Below, piece by piece: positions 1 through 7,028 of a DNA stretch of 13,489 bases. How positions within the stretch are numbered: position 1 is the first letter of the stretch; each line of letters starts with the position of its first letter. The DNA comes from Planctomycetota bacterium. Lineage in GTDB: Bacteria; Planctomycetota; Planctomycetia; Pirellulales; Lacipirellulaceae. The stretch lies in assembly GCA_039190745.1 (NCBI GenBank), contig JBCCXZ010000083.1, positions 1 through 13,489 of the forward strand. Direction: 5' to 3'. A program made the position numbers and the translations under genes. The notes under the pieces were generated by a model. It worked only from the letters and a program-made list of their open reading frames with translations. It was not told the DNA's origin and made no database searches.

Positions 1-229
1 AAGCGCAGGCGACCGCGGCAAACATCACGCTGAGCAACGCGGCGATCGACTGTGGGTTCATGGTCCAGGCACCCGACACGGACTTCGCCGCCCGACGGCG
101 TGTACTTGATCGCGTTGTCAACGAGGTTGCCGAGGACCTGAAGGAGCCCCTCCTCGTCTGCCCGGACCATGAACCCACAGTCGATCGCCTCGTTGCTCAG
201 CGTGATGTTTGCCGCGGTCGCCTGCGCTT
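1..229. repeat. Inverted duplication: 1-71 is the reverse complement of 159-229
   Basis: Direct comparison: position i pairs with 230-i for i=1..71, with mismatches only at 40/190 and 67/163. Confidence 0.95.
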
Positions 230-1715
230 CGTGGTGCGCAACGCACGTCTCGACCACGCGGCCGAGGCTCACCTCCGAGATGTCCAGCGCCGCCTGCCCC
301 GACTCGATCCTCGCTAGAGCCAGCATATCCATAATCAGAAGGTGCAGCCGGTCGGCCTGTTCGTCGATCCGCGTGAGAAAACGCTCCGAGTGCTCGGCGT
401 CTTGGACGGCCCCGTTGATGAGCGTCTCGGTGAACGCTTTGATCGAACTCAACGGCGTTTTCAATTCGTGTGACACATTCGCCACGAACTCTTGCCGGAT
501 GCCTTCCAGCCGCTTCAACTCTGTCACGTCGTGCAGCACGAGCACCACGCCGGGGCAGGGGTCGCCCGGCAGCGGCGTGGCGAGCACGTCGAACGCGTGC
601 GACGACGCGCCCCGCCATTCGAGTTCCCGCCGACTGAGGCGGCCCCCGCGGAGCGCCTCGCGGGCCGTCTCCCGAAGGTCGTTGTTCCGCACCACCTCGA
701 GCAGAGACCGACCTTGCACCAGGTCGTTGCGGAAGCCGAGCGTTTTGCCCGCCGACTCGTTGGCGAACAGTATGTGCTCGTCCCGGTCGATCGCGATCAC
801 GCTCTCCGTCATCCCCTCAAGCACTGTCGCCTGCGTCTGACTCGTGCGGCGTAGCTGCTTCTCACGCTTGGCGAGCTTCTTGCACAGGTTGTTGAACGTC
901 TCGGCTAGCTCGTTGAGTTCGCGGTAGGCGAGCGGCTGGATGCGCACCCGGTACTCGTAGTTGCCCGAGGCGATCGCTTCGACCGCCGGCTGGAACGCCC
1001 GCAGGGGGTCGGCCACCCGCGCCGCCAGCCAGTAGTTGGCCGCCACCGCCGCCAAGCACACCAGAGCGCTGATGCCCCAGATCCACGGCTGGCCGCGCGT
1101 GATCTCGGCCGTGACGTCTGTCTCGGGCAGGGCCGTCCGCACCAGCCCAACCGGGGCATCGTCGGGGCCCACGAGCACGGCGCAGTAGCGGAAGGGCTCG
1201 CCGAGGGTCGAGCTCCGCCGGGTCGCGTTGCCGACCCCCGATCGGATCGCCTCGACAATCTCTTCGCGGTGCTGGTGCCGCTCCATCTCGGCAACCTCCG
1301 CGGTTGTCGACTTCCGCGAGTCGGCCAGCACCTTGCCGTCCATCGCCACGAAGGTGAGCCGGAGTTGGGTCCGTTCGCCGAGCGTCATCGCCCGCTGCTG
1401 CAGCTCTTCGTTGACAGTACCGGGCCAGTTCTCCGCGTACTGGGTGGCAAGCGAAATCGCCGCGCCCCTGAGCCGCTGGTCCAGCTGCTGCTGAAGGAAC
1501 CGCCGGTGCACCGACGCCAAGAGGAGCGTGAGCACGATGATCACCGTCAGGCTCAACGCGACGTAAGAGAGCAGCAGCTTCCAGAACAGGCCGACGCGCT
1601 CGCCGCCGCCCTCCCGCTCGCCGGGGCCCCCCCGCGTGAGAACCTCGGCCGACGGGTCGCTCGGGGGAGCCCCCGCGGTCGAATCGAACACGACGCTGTC
1701 GGGGCCTGCGGCCAC
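1..1715 (-). CDS. phoR: PhoR-like membrane sensor histidine kinase (2 TM, extracytoplasmic sensor, HAMP, PAS, HisKA, HATPase); 3' end truncated or corrupted at the window edge
   Basis: Not in the ORF track because there is no stop inside the window. Manual translation of the minus frame (codon 1581-1583 = Trp) gives TM1 GLFWKLLLSYVALSLTVIIVLTLLL and a PhoR-type sensor segment VLADS..EMERHQHREEIVEAIRSGVGNATRRSSTLGEPFRYCAV. It then gives TM2 WIWGISALVCLAAVAANYW, HAMP PLRAFQPAVEAIASGNY..ELNELAETFNNL, PAS VLEGMTESVIAIDRDEHILFANESA, H-box EFVANVSHELKTPLSSIKAF and N-box QVLGNLVDNAIKYT. Upstream in-frame TGA at 1791-1793; the start is GTG 1715 or GTG 1691 (uncertain). The phoR symbol rests on architecture only. 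Confidence 0.88.
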   Translation of the reverse strand, partial: MAAGPDSVVFDSTAGAPPSDPSAEVLTRGGPGEREGGGERVGLFWKLLLSYVALSLTVIIVLTLLLASVHRRFLQQQLDQRLRGAAISLATQYAENWPGTVNEELQQRAMTLGERTQLRLTFVAMDGKVLADSRKSTTAEVAEMERHQHREEIVEAIRSGVGNATRRSSTLGEPFRYCAVLVGPDDAPVGLVRTALPETDVTAEITRGQPWIWGISALVCLAAVAANYWLAARVADPLRAFQPAVEAIASGNYEYRVRIQPLAYRELNELAETFNNLCKKLAKREKQLRRTSQTQATVLEGMTESVIAIDRDEHILFANESAGKTLGFRNDLVQGRSLLEVVRNNDLRETAREALRGGRLSRRELEWRGASSHAFDVLATPLPGDPCPGVVLVLHDVTELKRLEGIRQEFVANVSHELKTPLSSIKAFTETLINGAVQDAEHSERFLTRIDEQADRLHLLIMDMLALARIESGQAALDISEVSLGRVVETCVAHHEAQATAANITLSNEAIDCGFMVRADEEGLLQVLGNLVDNAIKYTPSGGEVRVGCLDHEPTVDRRVAQRDVCRGRLR

Positions 1716-1869
1716 AGAGGTGCCTGTCGTCGGGGTGGTTGTCGCGGCCGGGGCGGGAGGTCGCCGCGGGCCAAACCCCGCGGTTCTTTTTCAAGATAAA
1801 CCAACGGCGAGCGAACGAACAACGCTTGACGCGAGAACTTCACGACCGGCCGGAACCAAATGAACGGCG

Positions 1870-3180
1870 TCAGGTGTAGCGGACGCTCTGGTACTGCGAG
1901 TCGAAGAACGCCGGCAGCAGGCCGTCCACCTGCAGCAAACCGGCCCGGCTGAGCCTGACCCCGTCGTCGTTCCGCTCCAGCAGGCCCTGCGATGCGTAAT
2001 CGCCCCAGACCCCCGACCAACGCTCCAGGATGTCGACGCCGTACTTGTTAAGAAAGTAAGAAGCTTCCAGCCAACCCTTTTTCAGCTGGAGGATCATCTC
2101 GCGCACCAACGCTTCGTCGGGGCTCAGCCGCAACGCACGGCCCAGCGGCAGCTCGCCCGCTTCGAGCGTCCCGCAGTAGTCTTCCCACTCCGGGAGGTTC
2201 TGGTAATGCACTCCCGAGACGTGGCCGAAGCTTGCGATGCCGGTGGCCAGCAGGTCGCTCCCTTGCCAGAGATTGTCGCGGTAGCTGAAGTTCACCGCAT
2301 CGGTGTCCCGCACCAGTGTGTAGGCGCTGGAGACGCTGTAGCCCTGCGCCACGAACTGGTCGAACGCCCAGTCGACCCACCGTCGTTTGGTTGGCCAGTC
2401 GGCCACGGGACTTTCTACTTCGTTGCCGAGGATGTCTTTCGAGTACACCGTGTTGAAGGGCAGCTCCATCTGGTAGATCGTCACGCTGTCGGGCCCCAGG
2501 TCGATCGCCCGCCGCACGGCGTCTTCCCACTTCGCGTCGTTGTCGCCGACCATGCCGGCAATCAGGTCGATGTTCGTGTTCGCGAACCCCGCCGCCTGCA
2601 CCCACGGCCACGCCTTGTAGATCTCACGCGACTCGTGCGCCCGGCCGTTCTCGCGGAGGATCTCGTCGTCGAAGTGCTCCACGCCAAGGCTCAGCCGCGT
2701 GACGCCCAGCTCTTGCAGCGTGTGGACCTTCGCCTCGCTCAGCGTGCCCGGCTCGCACTCAAACGTCACTTCCTCGGCAAGGTCCCAACTGATGTTCGCC
2801 CGCAGCCGGTCGACCAGCCGCGTCAACTGCCGGCTGCTCAAGAACGAGGGCGTCCCCCCGCCGAAGTAGACAAAGCGGAACGGCCGCCCGCCCATCACCG
2901 GTTGCTGGCTGACCAGCTCGATTTCCCGCGCCAGCGCCGCCAGGTACCGCTCGACGTTTTCCGAGTTCTTGTCGGTGAACACTTTGAAATAGCAGAACTT
3001 GCACCGCTTCCGGCAGAACGGGATGTGCAGGTACAACCCCAGCGGCACGTCCGCCGGCGGCGACGCCATCGCCGTTTGTACCTCACCTAACTGGTCCGCC
3101 GACCACTGCGAGAACGGCGGGTAGTTGCTGATGAAGTAGCTGCCGACCTCGGTCTTTTTTGCGTCGTCGGTTGCCATCAT
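1870..3180 (-). CDS. HemN-like (coproporphyrinogen III oxidase family, class C) radical SAM protein
   Basis: LYLHIPFCRKRCKFCYF (CxxxCxxC), YFGGGTPS, EVTFECEP, GVTRLSLGVEHF, NIDLIAG and a HemN_C-like C-terminus (RLSRAGLLQVDGL). The start ATG at 3180 or 3177 overlaps the upstream stop. Confidence 0.92.
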   Translation of the reverse strand: MMATDDAKKTEVGSYFISNYPPFSQWSADQLGEVQTAMASPPADVPLGLYLHIPFCRKRCKFCYFKVFTDKNSENVERYLAALAREIELVSQQPVMGGRPFRFVYFGGGTPSFLSSRQLTRLVDRLRANISWDLAEEVTFECEPGTLSEAKVHTLQELGVTRLSLGVEHFDDEILRENGRAHESREIYKAWPWVQAAGFANTNIDLIAGMVGDNDAKWEDAVRRAIDLGPDSVTIYQMELPFNTVYSKDILGNEVESPVADWPTKRRWVDWAFDQFVAQGYSVSSAYTLVRDTDAVNFSYRDNLWQGSDLLATGIASFGHVSGVHYQNLPEWEDYCGTLEAGELPLGRALRLSPDEALVREMILQLKKGWLEASYFLNKYGVDILERWSGVWGDYASQGLLERNDDGVRLSRAGLLQVDGLLPAFFDSQYQSVRYT

Positions 3181-4286
3181 CCGCCCCGTTCACCAAAGCA
3201 ATACAGAACCCCGTCCGTGTTCCCAATCACCAGCCGCCCCTCGCTCACACCCGGCGACGCCTTGAAGGAGCCGCCCGCTTCAAACGTCCACCGCTCGTCG
3301 CCGTCTTTCAGGCCCACGCCGAACAGCCGGCCGCGGCCCGTGGCGTAGTACGCCGCGTCGCCCACGATCACCGGCGAGCTCTCCATCGTGCCTTTGGTGG
3401 TTGTCTTCCATTGTAAACCGCCCTCGGCCGCGTCGAGCGCGTAAACGGTCCTCCCTCTACCGCCTAGCACCACCGTCTCGCCATTGCACGCCGCGCTGGC
3501 GATGATCTCCCGCAGCTTCGGCGGGTCGCGGTACTCCCACACTTTCTGCAGCGGCGATGTTTGCGTGCGGTAGAAAACTCCGTCGTAGGTGCCGAAGTAC
3601 ACGTCGCCGTCGACCAGCGCCGCCGTGGCCCCGGTCGGGCCCTGGATTTCGATGGACTCGGTCTCCTCGCCGTTCCGCACGTCCACCGCGTGCAGCACGC
3701 TATCGCACCCGGCCAGCAGCACCCGGCTTTCGGAAACCAACGGCCAGCAACGCAGCGGCGAGTCGACCGTGTACTCCCACTGCTTCTCGCCGCTGTCGGC
3801 GTCGATCGAGACCAACTGCCCCGACTCGGTCGCCACGAGCACCGCGCCCTGGTGCACATTGACTCCGCCGTACACTTCCCCCGCGGCCGCGTACTCCCAA
3901 ACCAGCCCGCCGTCTGCCGCGTCCAGGCAGCGCACCACCCCGTTCTCGTCGCCGACATACACCTTGCCGTCGACAACCGCCGCGGCGGAGAGGAATCCCG
4001 TGTCCTCGAACGTCGCCGTCCAGACGGGTTCACCGTCGGAGAGTTGATGCGCCCGGAACCGGCCGTCGTAGTCGCCCACGTACAGCGTGCCACCGGTGAT
4101 CACCGCGGTCGCCTCGAAGCCGCTGTCTTCACTGGTGTAGCTCCAGAGCAGCTCTGGCCGGCGGGGCAGGGCGGTCGCAGCGACGCCTGTCGCGTCCTCG
4201 TCGCCGCGGAAGAAGGGCCACTCGGCCCGAGCCGTTTTGACGCAGAACGCCGCGGCAATCAGCAATGCGAAAGTCGTCCGGTTCAC
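3177..4286 (-). CDS. Secreted PQQ-binding-like (BamB/AfsK-type) beta-propeller repeat protein
   Basis: Probable GTG start at 4286 in a GTGA overlap with the ybjQ stop; the ORF-track extension to 4403 lies inside ybjQ. Signal peptide [21 protein letters not shown], then WPFFRGD. About eight repeats of the ..V..G.VY.G..DG.L.ALD...G...W pattern. Confidence 0.88.
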   Translation of the reverse strand: MNRTTFALLIAAAFCVKTARAEWPFFRGDEDATGVAATALPRRPELLWSYTSEDSGFEATAVITGGTLYVGDYDGRFRAHQLSDGEPVWTATFEDTGFLSAAAVVDGKVYVGDENGVVRCLDAADGGLVWEYAAAGEVYGGVNVHQGAVLVATESGQLVSIDADSGEKQWEYTVDSPLRCWPLVSESRVLLAGCDSVLHAVDVRNGEETESIEIQGPTGATAALVDGDVYFGTYDGVFYRTQTSPLQKVWEYRDPPKLREIIASAACNGETVVLGGRGRTVYALDAAEGGLQWKTTTKGTMESSPVIVGDAAYYATGRGRLFGVGLKDGDERWTFEAGGSFKASPGVSEGRLVIGNTDGVLYCFGERGG

Positions 4287-4597
4287 GCGAACGTCACCGC
4301 CGTGCCGCAAGCGGTCACCATCAACATCCCCTCGCGGATGACCTCGTAGTCGATATCTACGCCGACCACCGCGTCGGCACGCATGGCCGCGGCGGCGTCG
4401 CACATTTCCGAGACGGCAACCTCTCGCGCATCGGCTAGCTTCCGCTCGTAGGCGCCCGACCGGCCGCCGACGATATCCGTAATGCCCGCTAGGAAGTCAC
4501 GCACCACGTTGGCGCCCATGATCGCTTCACCGGCAACGATCCCGTGGTAGCCGCCGATCGAACACCCCTCGATCGAGTTGGTCGTCGAAACAATCAT
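4283..4597 (-). CDS. ybjQ: YbjQ / UPF0145 family protein (putative heavy-metal-binding)
   Basis: 104 aa with the family pattern [72 protein letters not shown] Shine-Dalgarno at 4604-4608. Confidence 0.95.
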   Translation of the reverse strand: MIVSTTNSIEGCSIGGYHGIVAGEAIMGANVVRDFLAGITDIVGGRSGAYERKLADAREVAVSEMCDAAAAMRADAVVGVDIDYEVIREGMLMVTACGTAVTFA

Positions 4598-4603
4598 CTG
4601 CCG

Positions 4604-4637
4604 CTCCCAGGTTGAGTACCTTCGAGTCTCGATTCTA
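4604..4637 (-). promoter_or_regulatory. Putative -10 element (TAGAAT, 4632-4637) and SD (GGGAG, 4604-4608) of the ybjQ operon
   Basis: Near-consensus -10 hexamer between the upstream terminator and ybjQ; SD 6 nt before the ATG; no convincing -35. Confidence 0.4.
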
Positions 4638-4758
4638 CGACCACCCCCCGCATCGAGAACAGCCCTGCCATACCGAAGCGTGTGTCATCCCACAATAGCC
4701 GCCGACCTACGGTCGGCTGGGGTCCCACAAGTTCGCCATCGAATCGGAACAGACGAAC

Positions 4759-4798
4759 AAAAAAAACGCCCCCCGCCGCCAAAGGCGACGAGGGGCGT
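4759..4798 (-). terminator. Rho-independent terminator of the 4828-5880 gene
   Basis: Minus strand reads ACGCCCCTCGTCGCC-TTT-GGCGGCGGGGGGCGT followed by a T run. The 15-bp stem has two G-U pairs that work only on the minus strand, and lies about 30 nt after the stop. Confidence 0.9.
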
Positions 4799-4827
4799 CT
4801 GGGTCTGATCTCTTCTTCGACCGCGGC

Positions 4828-5880
4828 CTAACGAGGCACCGACGACCAACCGTCGGCGTCGATCTCCGCCTGCGTGCGGGTCACCGGCTGCTGCGTGCTC
4901 ACCGTGCCGGTCACCGGCTTGCGGTAAACGGCGGTCCACACACTGGTGCTCGTCGTCCGGCCCGCGGTTACATCCCGCGGGTTGAACAGCTGCGGCGGGT
5001 CGAGGTAGGTGCTCGCCTCGTCTTCGTCCGGCCCCGGGCCGGGGAAGATCGACTGCTCCGGCGCCTCGGCCGGCGCGGCGCCTCCGCTGGGTGCTTCGGG
5101 TTGACCTTCAGGCTTGAAGCTCTGGAACGCGGATTCGGCCGGGGGCACGGGGGGTTGGGTCTGCAGCTGCGGTTGCGGGGTCTGGGGCCCGATGTTCGGC
5201 GAAGCCGGAGACGGGCTCGAGGTCGCGGGGCCCGCGGGGGCGGGGGTTGAGTAGATCGGCCCGGCAGAACCACCCGAGCAAGACGCACACCCGGTGTCGG
5301 CGAACGACGCCGTCGCTACGCCGCAGGCGTCGCACGCCCCACACTGGCTGTAGCCGCACGGGTCGCACACGCTCGGCGCCGTGCCGCAGGTGACGCACGA
5401 CGAAGTGACCACGGGGCTCATCACCACCTGCCGCTGCACAGTGGTAACCGCGGGGGCGTAATACGAAGTGTACACGGGCCGGGCAACGGTGGTCGTCACC
5501 GGAGCGGTGGTCGTTACCGGAGCGTAGTACGAGCTGTAGACCGGCCGGGCCACGGTCGTGCGAGTGCCCAAGGGGGCGTAAGCAGCGAGCGTCGGCTGCG
5601 GCGTGATGACCGGGGCGAGCGTTGTCGGCGCGTCGGCGAAGCCCGCGCGACGCAGACGCATCCGGTCGAAGAACCGACCCGGGTACCAGCGGTCGACCGG
5701 CTGGTACTCAACAGCCGCCACCGGCTGAGCGACCACCGCCGGCGCGGGCTGCGCGATCACCGGTGAGTAGGCTACGGTAGGCGTCGCGCACGTGCTGCAC
5801 TGCGCTTGGGTCGAGTCGGTCGCAACGCCGAGGCAAACGCAGAGCGCCGCCGTCAGCAGGCATCGGATCGGGCCGTTCAT
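4828..5880 (-). CDS. Hypothetical secreted low-complexity Cys/Pro/Thr-rich protein (planctomycete type)
   Basis: Likely ATG at 5880 giving the signal peptide MNGPIRCLLTAALCVCLGVATDSTQA|Q. Has multiple CxxC motifs, an internal TTVARPVYxSYYAP duplication and a Pro/Gln-rich linker. It is followed by a strand-specific terminator. Confidence 0.75.
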   Translation of the reverse strand: MNGPIRCLLTAALCVCLGVATDSTQAQCSTCATPTVAYSPVIAQPAPAVVAQPVAAVEYQPVDRWYPGRFFDRMRLRRAGFADAPTTLAPVITPQPTLAAYAPLGTRTTVARPVYSSYYAPVTTTAPVTTTVARPVYTSYYAPAVTTVQRQVVMSPVVTSSCVTCGTAPSVCDPCGYSQCGACDACGVATASFADTGCASCSGGSAGPIYSTPAPAGPATSSPSPASPNIGPQTPQPQLQTQPPVPPAESAFQSFKPEGQPEAPSGGAAPAEAPEQSIFPGPGPDEDEASTYLDPPQLFNPRDVTAGRTTSTSVWTAVYRKPVTGTVSTQQPVTRTQAEIDADGWSSVPR

Positions 5881-6386
5881 GTTTCGTTCTCGCAAGGTTA
5901 AACGCTTCCGGCGGGGTGGCCGCGGTCCGTGGGCGCCGCGCATCGCATCTCCCGCAACTTCTGGTGTACTCTCCCGCAACCGGCGCGTGCAACAACTTCT
6001 TGTTGCCCGACGCCCATTTGGCGGCGCTTTTCCAATGGGGAGAGTCTGCTAGCTGGGCAAAGCTGGAGGGTTGGCCGAGCCCCCACTCCAGCAAAGTAGC
6101 GTCCTGCGATCCAGCCCGTCGGGTCGAGACCCGCCCGCGCTGACAACCAGCTAAGAGAACCAACCGAAACGCCCGCGGTTGGTCCCTAAGTATAGACTAC
6201 CGGTGTCCGATAAGCGCCCAACGGCCGCGGGTGTGGAACAAACGCAACGCCGCGGCCGGGGCTTTGTTGACGTTACGCAACACGCGGCGAAATCGTTCGC
6301 TGCTCAGGTGTGTTGGACACCCCGTTTTGAATGCAACGGTAGCGGACACGCCGTTACCGCCGGTTGTGCCAACCGGGGACAGGCTC

Positions 6387-6457
6387 GGCGCCATGCCCAC
6401 GCTTGCGTGGGCATGCTTGATGTGACTCGCATGGCCACGCAAGCGTGCCATGGCACC
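6387..6457. repeat. REPIN-like doublet: two inverted REP-like palindromes
   Basis: 6387-6415 is GGCGCCATGCCCACGCTTGCGTGGGCATG. The reverse complement of 6430-6457 is GGTGCCATGGCACGCTTGCGTGGCCATG. They are 14 nt apart and 13 nt past the stop of the alpha-CTD gene; a third copy is at 13230. Confidence 0.8.
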
Positions 6458-6470
6458 ATTCGAACCGAGC

Positions 6471-6743
6471 TTAGCGAGGCTGAGGCGGGTTCTGATTCGG
6501 CCGGTGGAACCCAATCGACTCCAGCGCCTTGTACACCTCTTCGAGCGTCTTCTCGCCGAAGTTCGAGATGCTCAGCAGGTCTTCCCGCTTGCAGTTCAGC
6601 AGGTCGTGCACTGTGAAGATGCCCCGTTCTTCGAGGCAGTTGGTCGTGCGGACCGCGAGGCCGATCTCGGCGGTGCTCATCTCCAACCGTTCGCGGAGGC
6701 CTTCGTTGGCGAGTTCAACGCGGTTGAGCGGAATGCGAGACAT
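6471..6743 (-). CDS. Stand-alone RNA polymerase alpha subunit C-terminal domain (RNA_pol_A_CTD) protein, 90 aa
   Basis: EIGLAVRTTNCLEERGIFTVHDLL..EDLLSISNFGEKTLEEVYKALESIG aligns with the alpha-CTD pattern DLELTVRSANCL..I..IGDL..ELLKTPNLGKKSLTEI..L...G. No alpha-NTD. Strong GGAGGG SD at 6751-6756. Confidence 0.92.
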   Translation of the reverse strand: MSRIPLNRVELANEGLRERLEMSTAEIGLAVRTTNCLEERGIFTVHDLLNCKREDLLSISNFGEKTLEEVYKALESIGFHRPNQNPPQPR

Positions 6744-7028
6744 CGAAGTTCCCTCCCTGGAAACGCATGTCGGGCTGCCTGACTTCTGCGGCTAGCCCAG
6801 TGTGGTCGGCGACCGCGTTGGCCGCCGTTCGCGAGCAGTATACCGCCGAAAGCCCAGATTCAACGAGTTCCTTCTCAGAATCCGACAGTTTTCTCACCGC
6901 GCTCAATCGCCCTAAGTCGTCGCTAGCATTGGTGCTCAAGCGTCCACACGCCTACCATAGTGTGTGGTCGAGAGGGCGATGACCCCGTTTCTCTCCCCTC
7001 CCTACTCCCACTCCCACTGAGCACAGCG

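Noticed and set aside
60..2020. Listed ORFs over the kinase region (e.g. 169-840+, 862-1794-, 1269-1799+, 1553-2020-)
   Set aside because: Antisense or off-frame shadows of the kinase and radical SAM frames. They are Arg/Ser/Pro-rich with no motifs, as expected in high-GC DNA.
3177..4286. Calling the beta-propeller bamB or a PQQ dehydrogenase
   Set aside because: No convincing lipobox (AAFC), no bam/der context, and no catalytic or cytochrome domain. The propeller family is large and non-specific.
6052..6115. Possible c-di-GMP-I riboswitch (GGGCAAA...GCAAAG)
   Set aside because: Lacks the GNRA-capped P2 and the GGACGCAAAG junction, and lies on the strand opposite the downstream gene.
6179..6616. 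Small ORFs crossing the 6179-6470 gap
   Set aside because: They translate through the REP palindromes (MPTLAWAC, HAHASVGMAP) and have no SD or domain motif.
6471..6743. Calling this gene rpoA or an rpoA pseudogene
   Set aside because: It has its own ATG and strong SD, no NTD remnant is visible upstream, and it is not in the ribosomal protein operon.
6988..7018. C/T-rich tract with CTCCCA repeats upstream of the helicase
   Set aside because: Short and low-complexity, with no assignable function.
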